A DNA stretch of 60,871 nucleotides. It comes from an uncultured Methanosarcinales archaeon (GTDB lineage Archaea; Nanobdellota; Nanobdellia; Woesearchaeales; GW2011-AR4). A model generated the notes under the pieces. That model did not search any database and was not told the origin of the DNA. It worked only from the letters and a program-made list of their open reading frames with translations. Location of the stretch: the NCBI GenBank assembly GCA_964611745.1, contig CAZTBE010000002.1:1-60871 (forward strand). Reading direction: 5' to 3'. Positions 10,052-19,194 of this stretch are shown here, in pieces (the first letter of the stretch is position 1; the number at the start of each line of letters is the position of its first letter). The position numbers and the translations under genes are program-made.

Positions 10052-11302
10052 ATGGGAGACATAACTAAATCCAGCAAAGTAGTAGAAAAATGCCAAATAT
10101 GTGATAATGCAGACCTTAAACCTATATTGTTTTTGGGATATTTGCCTCCGGTAAACCAGATGCATAATATTGGAAAAAAGCCGCATGAGCAGCCCAGCTA
10201 TCCTGCACAATTGTTGTATTGCGAAAAATGCCATTTGGTTCAGTTAGGATTGATTGTTGACCCAAAAATACTATTTCCTGCAGAGTATCCTTATACGAGC
10301 AGCACTACAAGAATATTAAGGGATAATTTTGCTGAACTCTATCAAGAATGCAAAACTCTCATTAATCTGGGCAAGGACGACCTTATTGTGGACATAGGTT
10401 CAAATGACGGCAATTTGTTGAGTAATTTTAAAGATAACCATAAAGTTCTCGGAATTACCCCAGAGAATATAGGTAAAATTGCAATAGAAAGAGGCATTCC
10501 AACTATTTTGGATTATTTTAAGAAAGATGTTGTTGAAAAAATAGAGAAAGAACATGGAAAAGTGAAAATAATAACTGCAACAAATGTGTTTGCACATATC
10601 GAAAATATTAATGAAATAGTAGATTTGATTTCTGGGCTGCTGGAAGAAAATGGGGTATTTATTTCAGAATCTCATTATCTGCTGCGGCTTATTGAGACAC
10701 TTCAGTATGATACTATATATCATGAACATCTGAGATACTATTCCTTGCACAGTCTTAAATACTTGTTGGAGAAACACGATTTTGAGATATTCCATGCTAA
10801 AGAAATACCGACTCATGGAGGGTCAATAAGAGTATATGCAGCAAGAAAAGGAAAATATCCGGTAAAAGAGACAGTCAAATCATTGCTTAATACTGAGAAA
10901 AAAACAATACTTGATCAAGAAAAACTTTTGGATTTTAAAGATAATGTTGTTGCATCAAAACTTAAGCTTTATTCTTTATTGCTTGATATAAAAAAGCAAG
11001 GTAAACGAATCTATGGCATAGGTGCCCCTTCAAGAGCAGGCACTCTAACAAATTATATAGGACTTGATGACGGCATTATAGATTATGTTGTGGAAATAAA
11101 AGGTTCCTATAAAATAGGAAAATATATGCCCGGAACGTTAATTCCAGTTGTGGAAGAATCAAAACTTTTTGAAGATCAACCAGAATATGCTATATTTCTT
11201 TCGTGGCATATTGCTGATGAGCTTGCTCCTAAGCTTAAAGATAAGGGCTTTAAGGGACAATTTATTGTACCATTGCCGAATCCTAAAATTCTTGATGTTT
11301 AA
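10052..11302 (+). CDS. NDP-hexose C-methyltransferase-like SAM enzyme (zinc-ribbon N-terminus)
   Basis: CQICDN...CEKCHLVQL four-Cys ribbon, SAM motif VDIGSNDG, NVFAHI, conserved HEHLRYYS. Layout resembles TylC3-type C-methyltransferases. Paralogue of 16700..17920. Confidence 0.8.
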   Translation: MGDITKSSKVVEKCQICDNADLKPILFLGYLPPVNQMHNIGKKPHEQPSYPAQLLYCEKCHLVQLGLIVDPKILFPAEYPYTSSTTRILRDNFAELYQECKTLINLGKDDLIVDIGSNDGNLLSNFKDNHKVLGITPENIGKIAIERGIPTILDYFKKDVVEKIEKEHGKVKIITATNVFAHIENINEIVDLISGLLEENGVFISESHYLLRLIETLQYDTIYHEHLRYYSLHSLKYLLEKHDFEIFHAKEIPTHGGSIRVYAARKGKYPVKETVKSLLNTEKKTILDQEKLLDFKDNVVASKLKLYSLLLDIKKQGKRIYGIGAPSRAGTLTNYIGLDDGIIDYVVEIKGSYKIGKYMPGTLIPVVEESKLFEDQPEYAIFLSWHIADELAPKLKDKGFKGQFIVPLPNPKILDV

Positions 11303-11345
11303 TCCGTTTGATTTCTTTTTTGTTTCTAATTCTTTAGCTATTATT

Positions 11346-12989
11346 TTAGTTAAGCATTACTTCATAAATATAAATATGGTCTTTTATTTCTGTTGTGGGA
11401 TATGTTTCTTCTATTATTGTTAATAATTTAAATTGTTCTGGATGGTCCCTTATATATTTAATGGCACCATAATTAAGAGTTCCTTCTTTATCCCCTTCTG
11501 AAAATGGCCTGTGATATTGCTCCCCATAAACCATGTAACTTACATCATATATGTCAATTAAGGAAAAATAATCTGCATTTACAGGCAATGCCATGATTCT
11601 TTTATCACTCTGATAGTCCAGTTCTATAACATAACCCATTTGAATCATAACACCATCTTTTGGTAATTTATTTATAAACTGGGCTGTTATTGGTATCTCA
11701 ACAATCTTTTCCTTTGAGAATATAAAATGATTATTATTAAGATAGTAGAAGGGTAGATACAAAACCAGAATTAAGATAATAGCAATGATACCAACCTTGT
11801 ATATCCTAAATATGTTATAAGTTTTTGCAAATTTAAAGAGTCCATAACTTGTCACTATAAACAAAAAAGGAATAGCAGTAACAGTGAATCTTGGAGATGT
11901 GTATATTTGTGTTAAAGGCAGAAGAAAGAGAAAGAACATTGTTAGGAAAAACAGCATTTCATTATTTTTTATTCCTTTTTTTAATGATAATTTAATTATC
12001 TTATATAAGCTATACATTGTCGCAATACCCAGTATGGGGTAAATAACTAATTGTAGGAAATTATCTGATGTAAGGAACATTGTTATGTTGCTAAATCTCA
12101 ATCCCATTGGCAATGGAGCAACCACCAATTTAAACATATTTGCTACATGATAAAAATAATGCGAAGGGTCAAGACTTAATCCAAATGGAAGAATGGATTC
12201 AACTTCTTTGAAATATTGTGGGCTTAGTAATTGCCTTAACCCCCAATCACCTGTTTTTACAATAGTTCCATTGACAACCGGATAAAATTCGTTAGTCATA
12301 TATGTGTACACCCTTACAAATATCCAAGAAGAATAAGAAAAAATAGCAGCAATTATTGGAATTGTTGCATGAAAAATTTTGGTTTTGTCTCTGAAAAAAA
12401 CATAGGTTATGATAAGACCAGGAATAAGTAATATTGCATGGTCTGTTGTTATGCCCAATAATAGTGCTGGAAGCGACGAGTATATGATATTTCTAGTTTT
12501 TCCTTCCTTTAAGAACCTGATGTAATAATAAATAGATAATAAAGTAAGCATCATTCCAAGAGGCGCTCTTTTTAAATTACCTATTGAAAGATTAATGAAA
12601 ACATTAGATAAGGATAGAAGTATTAAAGTTCCAAAAGCTATATAATAGTTATTACTTACAAGCATAACCAGTTTGTAAATAATGAAAAAGATTATAGCTA
12701 AGGATATTAATGAAACAAGCAGTCCTGCTATATGGTCTTCAAATAAAAAACTTACAAAATAAATGGCGTAAGGATATAATGGAGGATGTTCTATGTAGAG
12801 TTGATTGTTAAAGAGAGTGTTATAAGGAAAACTATCTGCAAGTGCAAGATATCTTGCAGTATCACCTCCTTGTATGAAATAGTATGGACTATCTGAAAAT
12901 ATTCTTAAGAATATAAATACAAAAAAAACTGCAATAAGCAATAGGTGTTCTCTCTTTAGATTAATTCTAGGTGTTTCTCTTATTTTCAT
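11346..12989 (-). CDS. GT-C fold polytopic membrane glycosyltransferase (PMT_2/ArnT-like)
   Basis: 547 aa, more than 10 hydrophobic segments. First-loop GGDTARYLALADSF followed by EHPPLY, then a C-terminal soluble tail. Confidence 0.7.
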   Translation of the reverse strand: MKIRETPRINLKREHLLLIAVFFVFIFLRIFSDSPYYFIQGGDTARYLALADSFPYNTLFNNQLYIEHPPLYPYAIYFVSFLFEDHIAGLLVSLISLAIIFFIIYKLVMLVSNNYYIAFGTLILLSLSNVFINLSIGNLKRAPLGMMLTLLSIYYYIRFLKEGKTRNIIYSSLPALLLGITTDHAILLIPGLIITYVFFRDKTKIFHATIPIIAAIFSYSSWIFVRVYTYMTNEFYPVVNGTIVKTGDWGLRQLLSPQYFKEVESILPFGLSLDPSHYFYHVANMFKLVVAPLPMGLRFSNITMFLTSDNFLQLVIYPILGIATMYSLYKIIKLSLKKGIKNNEMLFFLTMFFLFLLPLTQIYTSPRFTVTAIPFLFIVTSYGLFKFAKTYNIFRIYKVGIIAIILILVLYLPFYYLNNNHFIFSKEKIVEIPITAQFINKLPKDGVMIQMGYVIELDYQSDKRIMALPVNADYFSLIDIYDVSYMVYGEQYHRPFSEGDKEGTLNYGAIKYIRDHPEQFKLLTIIEETYPTTEIKDHIYIYEVMLN

Positions 12990-13085
12990 TTTACTTTAAT
13001 TTTTAGTAATAAGAATATATTTAAATAGGTTATCCTTTTCCGTAGCCATTCGTCAATGAACTCCAAAACTACCGCCTAATATATC

Positions 13086-13138
13086 ATTTCACGCAAATCC
13101 CTTTTGGACATTTTCCCTTCGGGAAAACGTCGTGAAAT
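13086..13138. repeat. GC-rich palindromic element A
   Basis: TTTTCCC (13111-13117) pairs with GGGAAAA (13121-13127) around a 3-nt loop. This is flanked by ATTTCACG (13086-13093) and CGTGAAAT (13131-13138). The element lies between outward-facing TATA-like boxes. Confidence 0.8.
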
Positions 13139-13185
13139 CGCATACAATTAAATTACATTAAAACCGAATCAGAGCCAAAACGAAA

Positions 13186-14337
13186 GTGAAGAAAAAGAAT
13201 TATAAAGCATATTCTGTAGCATTAATTATAGTTTTGCTGACTATGAGTTTTTTCTATGGAGTTCTAGTCGGGGCATATAAATATTGGCCTTATAAATTAT
13301 TGCAGACAAATCACCAAAAGTTTTTTTCGAATGAATATGACTTAATATACGAGAAAATAGACCCCTTATATGAAAAAACAGACGTTTCTTCTTTGATTAA
13401 TATAGAAAATGAAAATGACATTCTGAAAAAAAGAAATAGCCTTATCCGGTATATATGGAAAGGCAAAGGACTCCCTTACTCCAAGTTCCCTGAAACTGTT
13501 GAAATAGACATAAAAGATGCCAGATATTCTGATTTAAATAACCTTAAGAGAATCGATAAACTTGTTATTACTATGGACTATGGTTTTAATTCAATTGTTT
13601 ACTTTTTTCACCCGGTTAAGAATAATAATAACCTTGTGATTTACCACCAGGGCCATGAGGGTGATTTTATATTTGGAAAAAGGACTATACAATTCTTTTT
13701 GGATAATGGATATGATGTAATGGCCTTTTCTATGCCCTTGTTGGGGATGAACAACCAGCCAATTGCGGAGTTACCATCATTTGGAGTGATAAAATTAACA
13801 TCACATGATCGTTTAGAACTTCTAGAATCATATGACTTTTCTCCAATTAAGCTTTTTTTAGAGCCTGTTGCTGTTTCTTTAAATTACGCAGAAAATTTTG
13901 ATTTTGATTCTATATCGATGATAGGCCTTTCAGGGGGAGGCTGGACAACTACACTATATTCTGCTATTGACCCAAGAATTTCTAAAAGCTATCCTGTTGC
14001 CGGAACCTTGCCAACCTATTTACGCTCAAAACGTAATTTAGGAGATTATGAACAACACTTACCAGAACTTTACAAAATTGCTAATTACCTGGAGTTATAC
14101 ATTATTGGGTCTTATGGCAATAACCGAAAACAGATTCAAATATTGAATAAATATGATGATTGTTGCTTTGCAGGAATTAATTATAAGACATATGAAAAAG
14201 AAGTTGAGATTACATTGGCCGAACTAGGAAAAGGAACCTTTAAAATATATTCAGATGATACACATGCAGAACATAAAATATCAGATAATGCACTAAATAT
14301 AATAAAAGAAGACCTTGATGAGGTGGATGGGAGTTAA
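13186..14337 (+). CDS. membrane-anchored alpha/beta-hydrolase-like esterase
   Basis: GTG start giving MKKKNYK plus one TM helix. HQGHEG and nucleophile-elbow-like GLSGGGW. Confidence 0.6.
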   Translation: MKKKNYKAYSVALIIVLLTMSFFYGVLVGAYKYWPYKLLQTNHQKFFSNEYDLIYEKIDPLYEKTDVSSLINIENENDILKKRNSLIRYIWKGKGLPYSKFPETVEIDIKDARYSDLNNLKRIDKLVITMDYGFNSIVYFFHPVKNNNNLVIYHQGHEGDFIFGKRTIQFFLDNGYDVMAFSMPLLGMNNQPIAELPSFGVIKLTSHDRLELLESYDFSPIKLFLEPVAVSLNYAENFDFDSISMIGLSGGGWTTTLYSAIDPRISKSYPVAGTLPTYLRSKRNLGDYEQHLPELYKIANYLELYIIGSYGNNRKQIQILNKYDDCCFAGINYKTYEKEVEITLAELGKGTFKIYSDDTHAEHKISDNALNIIKEDLDEVDGS

Positions 14338-14400
14338 GAAGATGGCTTCCTGGGCGGAGGTAAAGGATTAAATTTTGCAGTTAAAATGATTTCTCATAAG

Positions 14401-14410
14401 TTTTAAATAG
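14401..14410 (+). promoter_or_regulatory. archaeal-type TATA-like box for a near-leaderless transcript
   Basis: TTTTAAATAG is centred about 28 nt upstream of ATG 14433, with no ribosome-binding site between. Confidence 0.35.
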
Positions 14411-14432
14411 TGTAATTGAGTTCTGACACTAT

Positions 14433-15155
14433 ATGAAAACATTGATAACAGGCGGTAGTGGAGCATTAGGCAAATCACTGCAGAAAATTTTTAAGAATGC
14501 ATACTGCCCAACACATGAAGAGATGGATATAACCAATCCAGAGGCTGTTAACAAGGTTATCTTGGATTACAAGCCAGACATTTTGATACATACAGCAGCA
14601 TTTGTTGATATAAGGGGATGTGAAGAAAATAGAAACAAAGCATGGTCAACTAATGTTAAAGGTACGCAAAATATAGTGAATGCAGTAAAAAAACTGGATA
14701 ATAACTGCTATCTTATCTATATTTCCACAGCATGTGTTTTTGCCGGAGAAAATGAGAAATACTATACAGAGGATGATGCTCCAAAGCCGAAGAATTATTA
14801 TTCTACTACCAAATTAGAAGGGGAGGGAATTGTCAAGGAATATGAAAATTATTGCATTATAAGAACTAATTTTGTGCCAAAAGAACAATGGAAGTATCCC
14901 AAGGCCTTTGTTGACAGGTTTGGGACATACCTGTTTACAGATAATGTGGCTCAAGGCATATATGATGTCTGCGAAAAGAAGGAGAAGGGAATAATACATA
15001 TTGCGGGGGATAGAAGGATGAGCATGTATGAGCTTGCATTGCTTGCAGGATCAAAGAATCTTGGCAAGATGACTCTGGATGAGTATGACGGGCCAAGTGT
15101 TACAGTAGACATGAGCCTTTCTACAAAGAGATGGAAAAAATATAAAATAGAGTGA
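14433..15155 (+). CDS. short RmlD-like NAD(P)-dependent sugar reductase
   Basis: ITGGSGALGKSL, HTAAFVDIRGCEEN, STACVF, YSTTKLEGE. TTTTAAATAG box at 14401-14410. Confidence 0.7.
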   Translation: MKTLITGGSGALGKSLQKIFKNAYCPTHEEMDITNPEAVNKVILDYKPDILIHTAAFVDIRGCEENRNKAWSTNVKGTQNIVNAVKKLDNNCYLIYISTACVFAGENEKYYTEDDAPKPKNYYSTTKLEGEGIVKEYENYCIIRTNFVPKEQWKYPKAFVDRFGTYLFTDNVAQGIYDVCEKKEKGIIHIAGDRRMSMYELALLAGSKNLGKMTLDEYDGPSVTVDMSLSTKRWKKYKIE

Positions 15156-15185
15156 TAAAAAAGCTTATTTTTCTGTTAGACGCAG

Positions 15186-16238
15186 TTAAGTTTGTGTTTC
15201 TTTTGCCCATTCTATAAATCTTTTTATTCCGGTTTTCAAGTCTACTTTGGCTGTGTAATTCAGCTTTTCCTTTATTTTTGTTAGGTCTGGGCATCTCCTT
15301 TTTGGGTCTGCATTGGTATATGCATCTGTAGGCCCTTCAACATTTTCTATTTCCGGATTATTACCAAGAATTTCAGCAACATTTTTTGCTAAAGTTGCCA
15401 TATTAATCTCATTATCCTCATTTCCTACATTGAACGCTTCTCCATTATAGTCTGAAAATAAGATTCTAAAAAAACCCACCAACGCGTCTGTCACATAACA
15501 AAAGGTTCTTGTATTATTCCCTGCTCCATAGACGGGAATGGGCTTTCCTTGAAATACATTTGAAACAAAGTTGGGTATTACCCTATAATCATCTAATCTC
15601 ATCCCAGGCCCATATACATTAAAAGGTCTTACTGTCTTGACTGGGATTTTGTGAACCTGATAATAACCTACACAGAGAGTCTCTCCAAGCCTCTTGGACT
15701 CATCATAATTTGATCTTGGACCTGTACAGGAAACGTTCCCAAAATAAGTTTCCGGCGTAGGGACAGATTGCGGATCTGGGTCGCCATAAACTTCACTTGA
15801 GCTAAAATATAACATGCTCTTCACATTTTTTTCCTTTGCCAATTCAAGCATATTTTTTGTTCCAAAAACCCCTACATCGATTGTCTCTATTATGAACTTA
15901 CGATAAAACTTTGGGGATGCAATTCCTGCTGCACTTATGATATAATCTACATTTTCATCTATCTTTAAGGGTTTGGTAACATCATGTTTTATTGCTTTGA
16001 AATTACGCCCTTCCTCAAGGAGATAGCTTGACCCTGTTATGAAATTGTCGACAGAAATTATGCGGCAGGGGTTTTCAAGAACATTCTTGTTCAATTCTGC
16101 AAGAGTCAAAAGAAAATATCTTCCTAAAAATCCGGCGCCTCCAGTAATAAGGACGGTTTTTCCACTTAATTTACCGGCTTCTTTACCTATGTTCTCTACA
16201 ATTGTCTTTATATCTTCTTTTAAAATCTTACTTTCCAT
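15186..16238 (-). CDS. extended SDR, UDP-glucuronate decarboxylase-like epimerase/dehydratase
   Basis: ITGGAGFLGRYF, SSSEVYGDP, YDESKRLGE, PKRRCPDLTK. Confidence 0.85.
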   Translation of the reverse strand: MESKILKEDIKTIVENIGKEAGKLSGKTVLITGGAGFLGRYFLLTLAELNKNVLENPCRIISVDNFITGSSYLLEEGRNFKAIKHDVTKPLKIDENVDYIISAAGIASPKFYRKFIIETIDVGVFGTKNMLELAKEKNVKSMLYFSSSEVYGDPDPQSVPTPETYFGNVSCTGPRSNYDESKRLGETLCVGYYQVHKIPVKTVRPFNVYGPGMRLDDYRVIPNFVSNVFQGKPIPVYGAGNNTRTFCYVTDALVGFFRILFSDYNGEAFNVGNEDNEINMATLAKNVAEILGNNPEIENVEGPTDAYTNADPKRRCPDLTKIKEKLNYTAKVDLKTGIKRFIEWAKETQT

Positions 16239-16244
16239 TTTATG

Positions 16245-16637
16245 TTAAACCAACTTGAATTTTTTTGTATGATCTGAAAAATTTTGCGTATCTCTTTGTC
16301 CCGTAGTTAGGTTGAGCATGACAGAATCTTCCAAAAATCTCATTGCATGGGCTATCATAGGTGGTGTTATAACTAAGTCTCCAGCATTAATAATCGTCTT
16401 CTCTATTTTTTCATCCTTATTGTTCAGGTTTTTGGTGGTGCTTTCATATTTGCCGCTAATCAGGTATTCATACTGTACTTGTTTAGGATGATAGTGATTT
16501 GCTCTGATAGAGCCTTTTTTTGAGGTGATGATTGCAATATGTGTTATTGGCTCTTCTAGAATATTTGCTATTACTCCCCTTTCATCCTCAAATGCAGGTT
16601 CAATTTTTATTACTTTTTCATTAGCCATCTGTTCCAC
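16245..16637 (-). CDS. small cupin, sugar-nucleotide keto-isomerase/epimerase-like (FdtA/WxcM-like)
   Basis: 130 aa. DERGVIANIL, HYHPKQ, AHAM cupin His pattern. GGGGGTGG ribosome-binding site upstream. Confidence 0.55.
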   Translation of the reverse strand: MEQMANEKVIKIEPAFEDERGVIANILEEPITHIAIITSKKGSIRANHYHPKQVQYEYLISGKYESTTKNLNNKDEKIEKTIINAGDLVITPPMIAHAMRFLEDSVMLNLTTGQRDTQNFSDHTKKFKLV

Positions 16638-16699
16638 CCCCGTCCAAATCCTAATTTTTGGTCAAATCTTTATATAATATTACAATTTTTTATTTAAAT

Positions 16700-17920
16700 C
16701 TATGCTATCTTGGGTTCTGGTAAAGGTATTATAAATTTTACTCCCTGATCAGCATATTTTCCTGTTTTTTTTAAAATTTCTTCGGCAAAATTCCATGCAA
16801 GAATTAAAATATAATCTGGTCTTTTCTTCTCTAACATGCTTGAGCTTACAACTGGAATATGCGTTCCTGGTGAATATAAACCTATCTTTAAAGGATTGTC
16901 ATCAACAATATAATCAATAAAATCCCTACCAATATTGCAGAAATTCAGCAATGTAGTTGATTTTGCAGGAGCGCCATACCCAGCAATTGACTTTTTCTGT
17001 GCTTTTATATCCCTGATGTAAGATACTAATCTCTCTTTTACATGATAAACCTTATTTGAGAAATTTTTATAAATTTCTATATCATTGATTCCAATGCCTT
17101 TCTCATATTCCAATGTCTCTTCAACCTCTTTATGAATCTCGTGGTTTCCTTCAGACTTTTTTATAAATACTCTTAAAGAACCCCCGTGGCTGTCTACTCT
17201 TTGAACATCAAATATCTCCATCCTGTGTTTTTTAAAGAAATAACTTAATGAAGTGAGAGTGTAATAAGAAAGATGCTCGTGATATACATTATCAAAAGTC
17301 ATTTTTTCCATAGTGTCTACTAAATACTGGACTTCAATAACAAATATACCATCTTCCTTAAGCAGAGTTTTTACATTGTCTGTAACATTATCAATATCAT
17401 CAATGTGGGCAAAGACGTTATTTGCAGTTACTACATCAGCATGCCCTTTTTTTCCTATAACCCTTTTTACCGCATCATTGTTGAAAAAACCATTTATAGT
17501 TTCAATGCCATCCTGCTCTGCAATTTTCACTAAATTTGCAGCAGGTTCAATACCCATCGTTTGGATTCCTAATTTCTGAAAATTTTTTAGTAAAAGCCCA
17601 TCATTACTTCCAATATCAACAACTAAAGAACCGTTATTTAAATTAAAACAATTGCATATGTCCCTAGCCATTTTAGAAAAATGAATCTTAAAAGTATTTG
17701 ACGTAGACGATACATATATATAATTTTTGAACATCAGTTCCGGAGGCACAACATAAGTCAATTGCACCAACTTGCAATTATCACAGAAAGCTAATTCTAA
17801 AGGATAGGTGTTCTCTTTATTTTCCAATTCTTCTTTTGAAAGAAAACTATTAGCTAAAGGACTTTTCCCCAATGAAAGAAATACCTTTATAGCCTCATTT
17901 CTACAAATTCTGCATATCAT
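16700..17920 (-). CDS. NDP-hexose C-methyltransferase-like SAM enzyme (zinc-ribbon N-terminus)
   Basis: CRICRN...CDNCKLVQL, VDIGSNDG, NVFAHI, HEHLSYYT. Collinear with 10052..11302. Confidence 0.8.
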   Translation of the reverse strand: MICRICRNEAIKVFLSLGKSPLANSFLSKEELENKENTYPLELAFCDNCKLVQLTYVVPPELMFKNYIYVSSTSNTFKIHFSKMARDICNCFNLNNGSLVVDIGSNDGLLLKNFQKLGIQTMGIEPAANLVKIAEQDGIETINGFFNNDAVKRVIGKKGHADVVTANNVFAHIDDIDNVTDNVKTLLKEDGIFVIEVQYLVDTMEKMTFDNVYHEHLSYYTLTSLSYFFKKHRMEIFDVQRVDSHGGSLRVFIKKSEGNHEIHKEVEETLEYEKGIGINDIEIYKNFSNKVYHVKERLVSYIRDIKAQKKSIAGYGAPAKSTTLLNFCNIGRDFIDYIVDDNPLKIGLYSPGTHIPVVSSSMLEKKRPDYILILAWNFAEEILKKTGKYADQGVKFIIPLPEPKIA

Positions 17921-18052
17921 CGTGATTGGTACAACTGTATAATTTATAAATCATTCGTTGAACAAACTTACAGTAACTATACTCGCAGACAAAAGTTTTT
18001 ATATAATAGTTGTCTACTCCTAATAAGCAAATGACATATTTACATATACAGT

Positions 18053-18110
18053 GGGAAAATCTGTGAAATGCGAGTGAGCTCGCGAACTCGCTCACAATTC
18101 ACGATTTTCC
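18053..18110. repeat. GC-rich palindromic element B, related to element A
   Basis: GGGAAAATCTGTGAAAT (18053-18069) is the near reverse complement of AATTCACGATTTTCC (18096-18110). The arms enclose a GC-rich inner hairpin, GTGAGC (18074-18079) with GCTCAC (18090-18095). Confidence 0.8.
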
Positions 18111-18180
18111 GAGGTTTACTTTCAGTAAACAATTTGTGTCATTTGCTATATTAAAAGCATTACTATTCCTCCTTAATAAG

Positions 18181-19194
18181 ATGGGAAAAATAAATATAGG
18201 CATTATAGGGCTGGGAAGATTTGGAAAAAATTATCTTAGAACGTTTAATGAACTAGATAATGCTCTTGTTACATGGGTCTGTGCAACAAAAGAAAGCACC
18301 ATAAAAGAAGCAATTTCGAAGATAAAAACAAAAGTACCTATAAAAACTACAACAAACTATGAGGATGTTTTTGGTGATAGTGAAGTGGATGCGGTGGCAA
18401 TAGTCACACCAGGATCTACACATTTTTCTCTGGCAAAAGAAGCTCTTAAATGCAATAAACACGTTATTGTGGAAAAACCTTTAACTTTATCCTCAGATGA
18501 TGCAAAAGAATTGGTAAAAATATCAAATGCTGCAAAAAAAATCTTGATGGTTGGCCACATTCATAGATTTAATCCAGCAATTAAAAAACTCAAAGAAGAT
18601 ATAAAAAGCGGAATATTTGGAAAAATCAATTATATCGAGTATACTCATTTGGGCAATGGCCCTGTAAGGAAAGATATTAATGCGCTATGGGACTTTTTTC
18701 CACATGTGCTGTCAATCCTGTTTTATCTTCTTGAAGATCTGCCCTTGAAAGTAAATGCAAATGGAGCCTCTTTTTTGCAGAAAGGCATAGAAGATGTTGT
18801 AACCATGGATCTTACATTTCCCAACAATATCTTTGCAACTGCGATTGGAAGCTGGCTATACCCAGTAAAAAAAATGGGCATTGTTATTGTCGGAGAAAAG
18901 CTTTATGCAACTTTTGATGACTATTTAACAGAAGAGAAACTAAAATATTATAGTAATAATTCCAAGCTTATTGATGGAAAATTAATAAAGGTGGATAAGA
19001 GATATAGTGTTCCATTTATTGAGAATGATAAACCTTTAACTGAACAATTAAAACATTTTTTAAATTGTATCAAATACAATAAGATTCCAGTAACAAATGG
19101 TAATGAAGGTTTAAAAGTAGTAAATGTTTTAGAAGCTGCCCAAGAATCCTTAAACAATAACGGTGCTCCAGTTAAAATTAATGCTTCTTTCTAG
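18181..19194 (+). CDS. Gfo/Idh/MocA family sugar oxidoreductase
   Basis: INIGIIGLGRFGKNY Rossmann motif and VEKPL motif. The ORF opens at GTG 18136, but ATG 18181 sits about 29 nt after a CTATATTAAAAG box. Confidence 0.8.
   Translation: MGKINIGIIGLGRFGKNYLRTFNELDNALVTWVCATKESTIKEAISKIKTKVPIKTTTNYEDVFGDSEVDAVAIVTPGSTHFSLAKEALKCNKHVIVEKPLTLSSDDAKELVKISNAAKKILMVGHIHRFNPAIKKLKEDIKSGIFGKINYIEYTHLGNGPVRKDINALWDFFPHVLSILFYLLEDLPLKVNANGASFLQKGIEDVVTMDLTFPNNIFATAIGSWLYPVKKMGIVIVGEKLYATFDDYLTEEKLKYYSNNSKLIDGKLIKVDKRYSVPFIENDKPLTEQLKHFLNCIKYNKIPVTNGNEGLKVVNVLEAAQESLNNNGAPVKINASF

Noticed and set aside
11148-11423. 91-aa plus-strand ORF spanning the convergent junction
   Set aside because: It overlaps the 3' ends of two well-supported genes, and its translation is Phe/Leu-rich noise.
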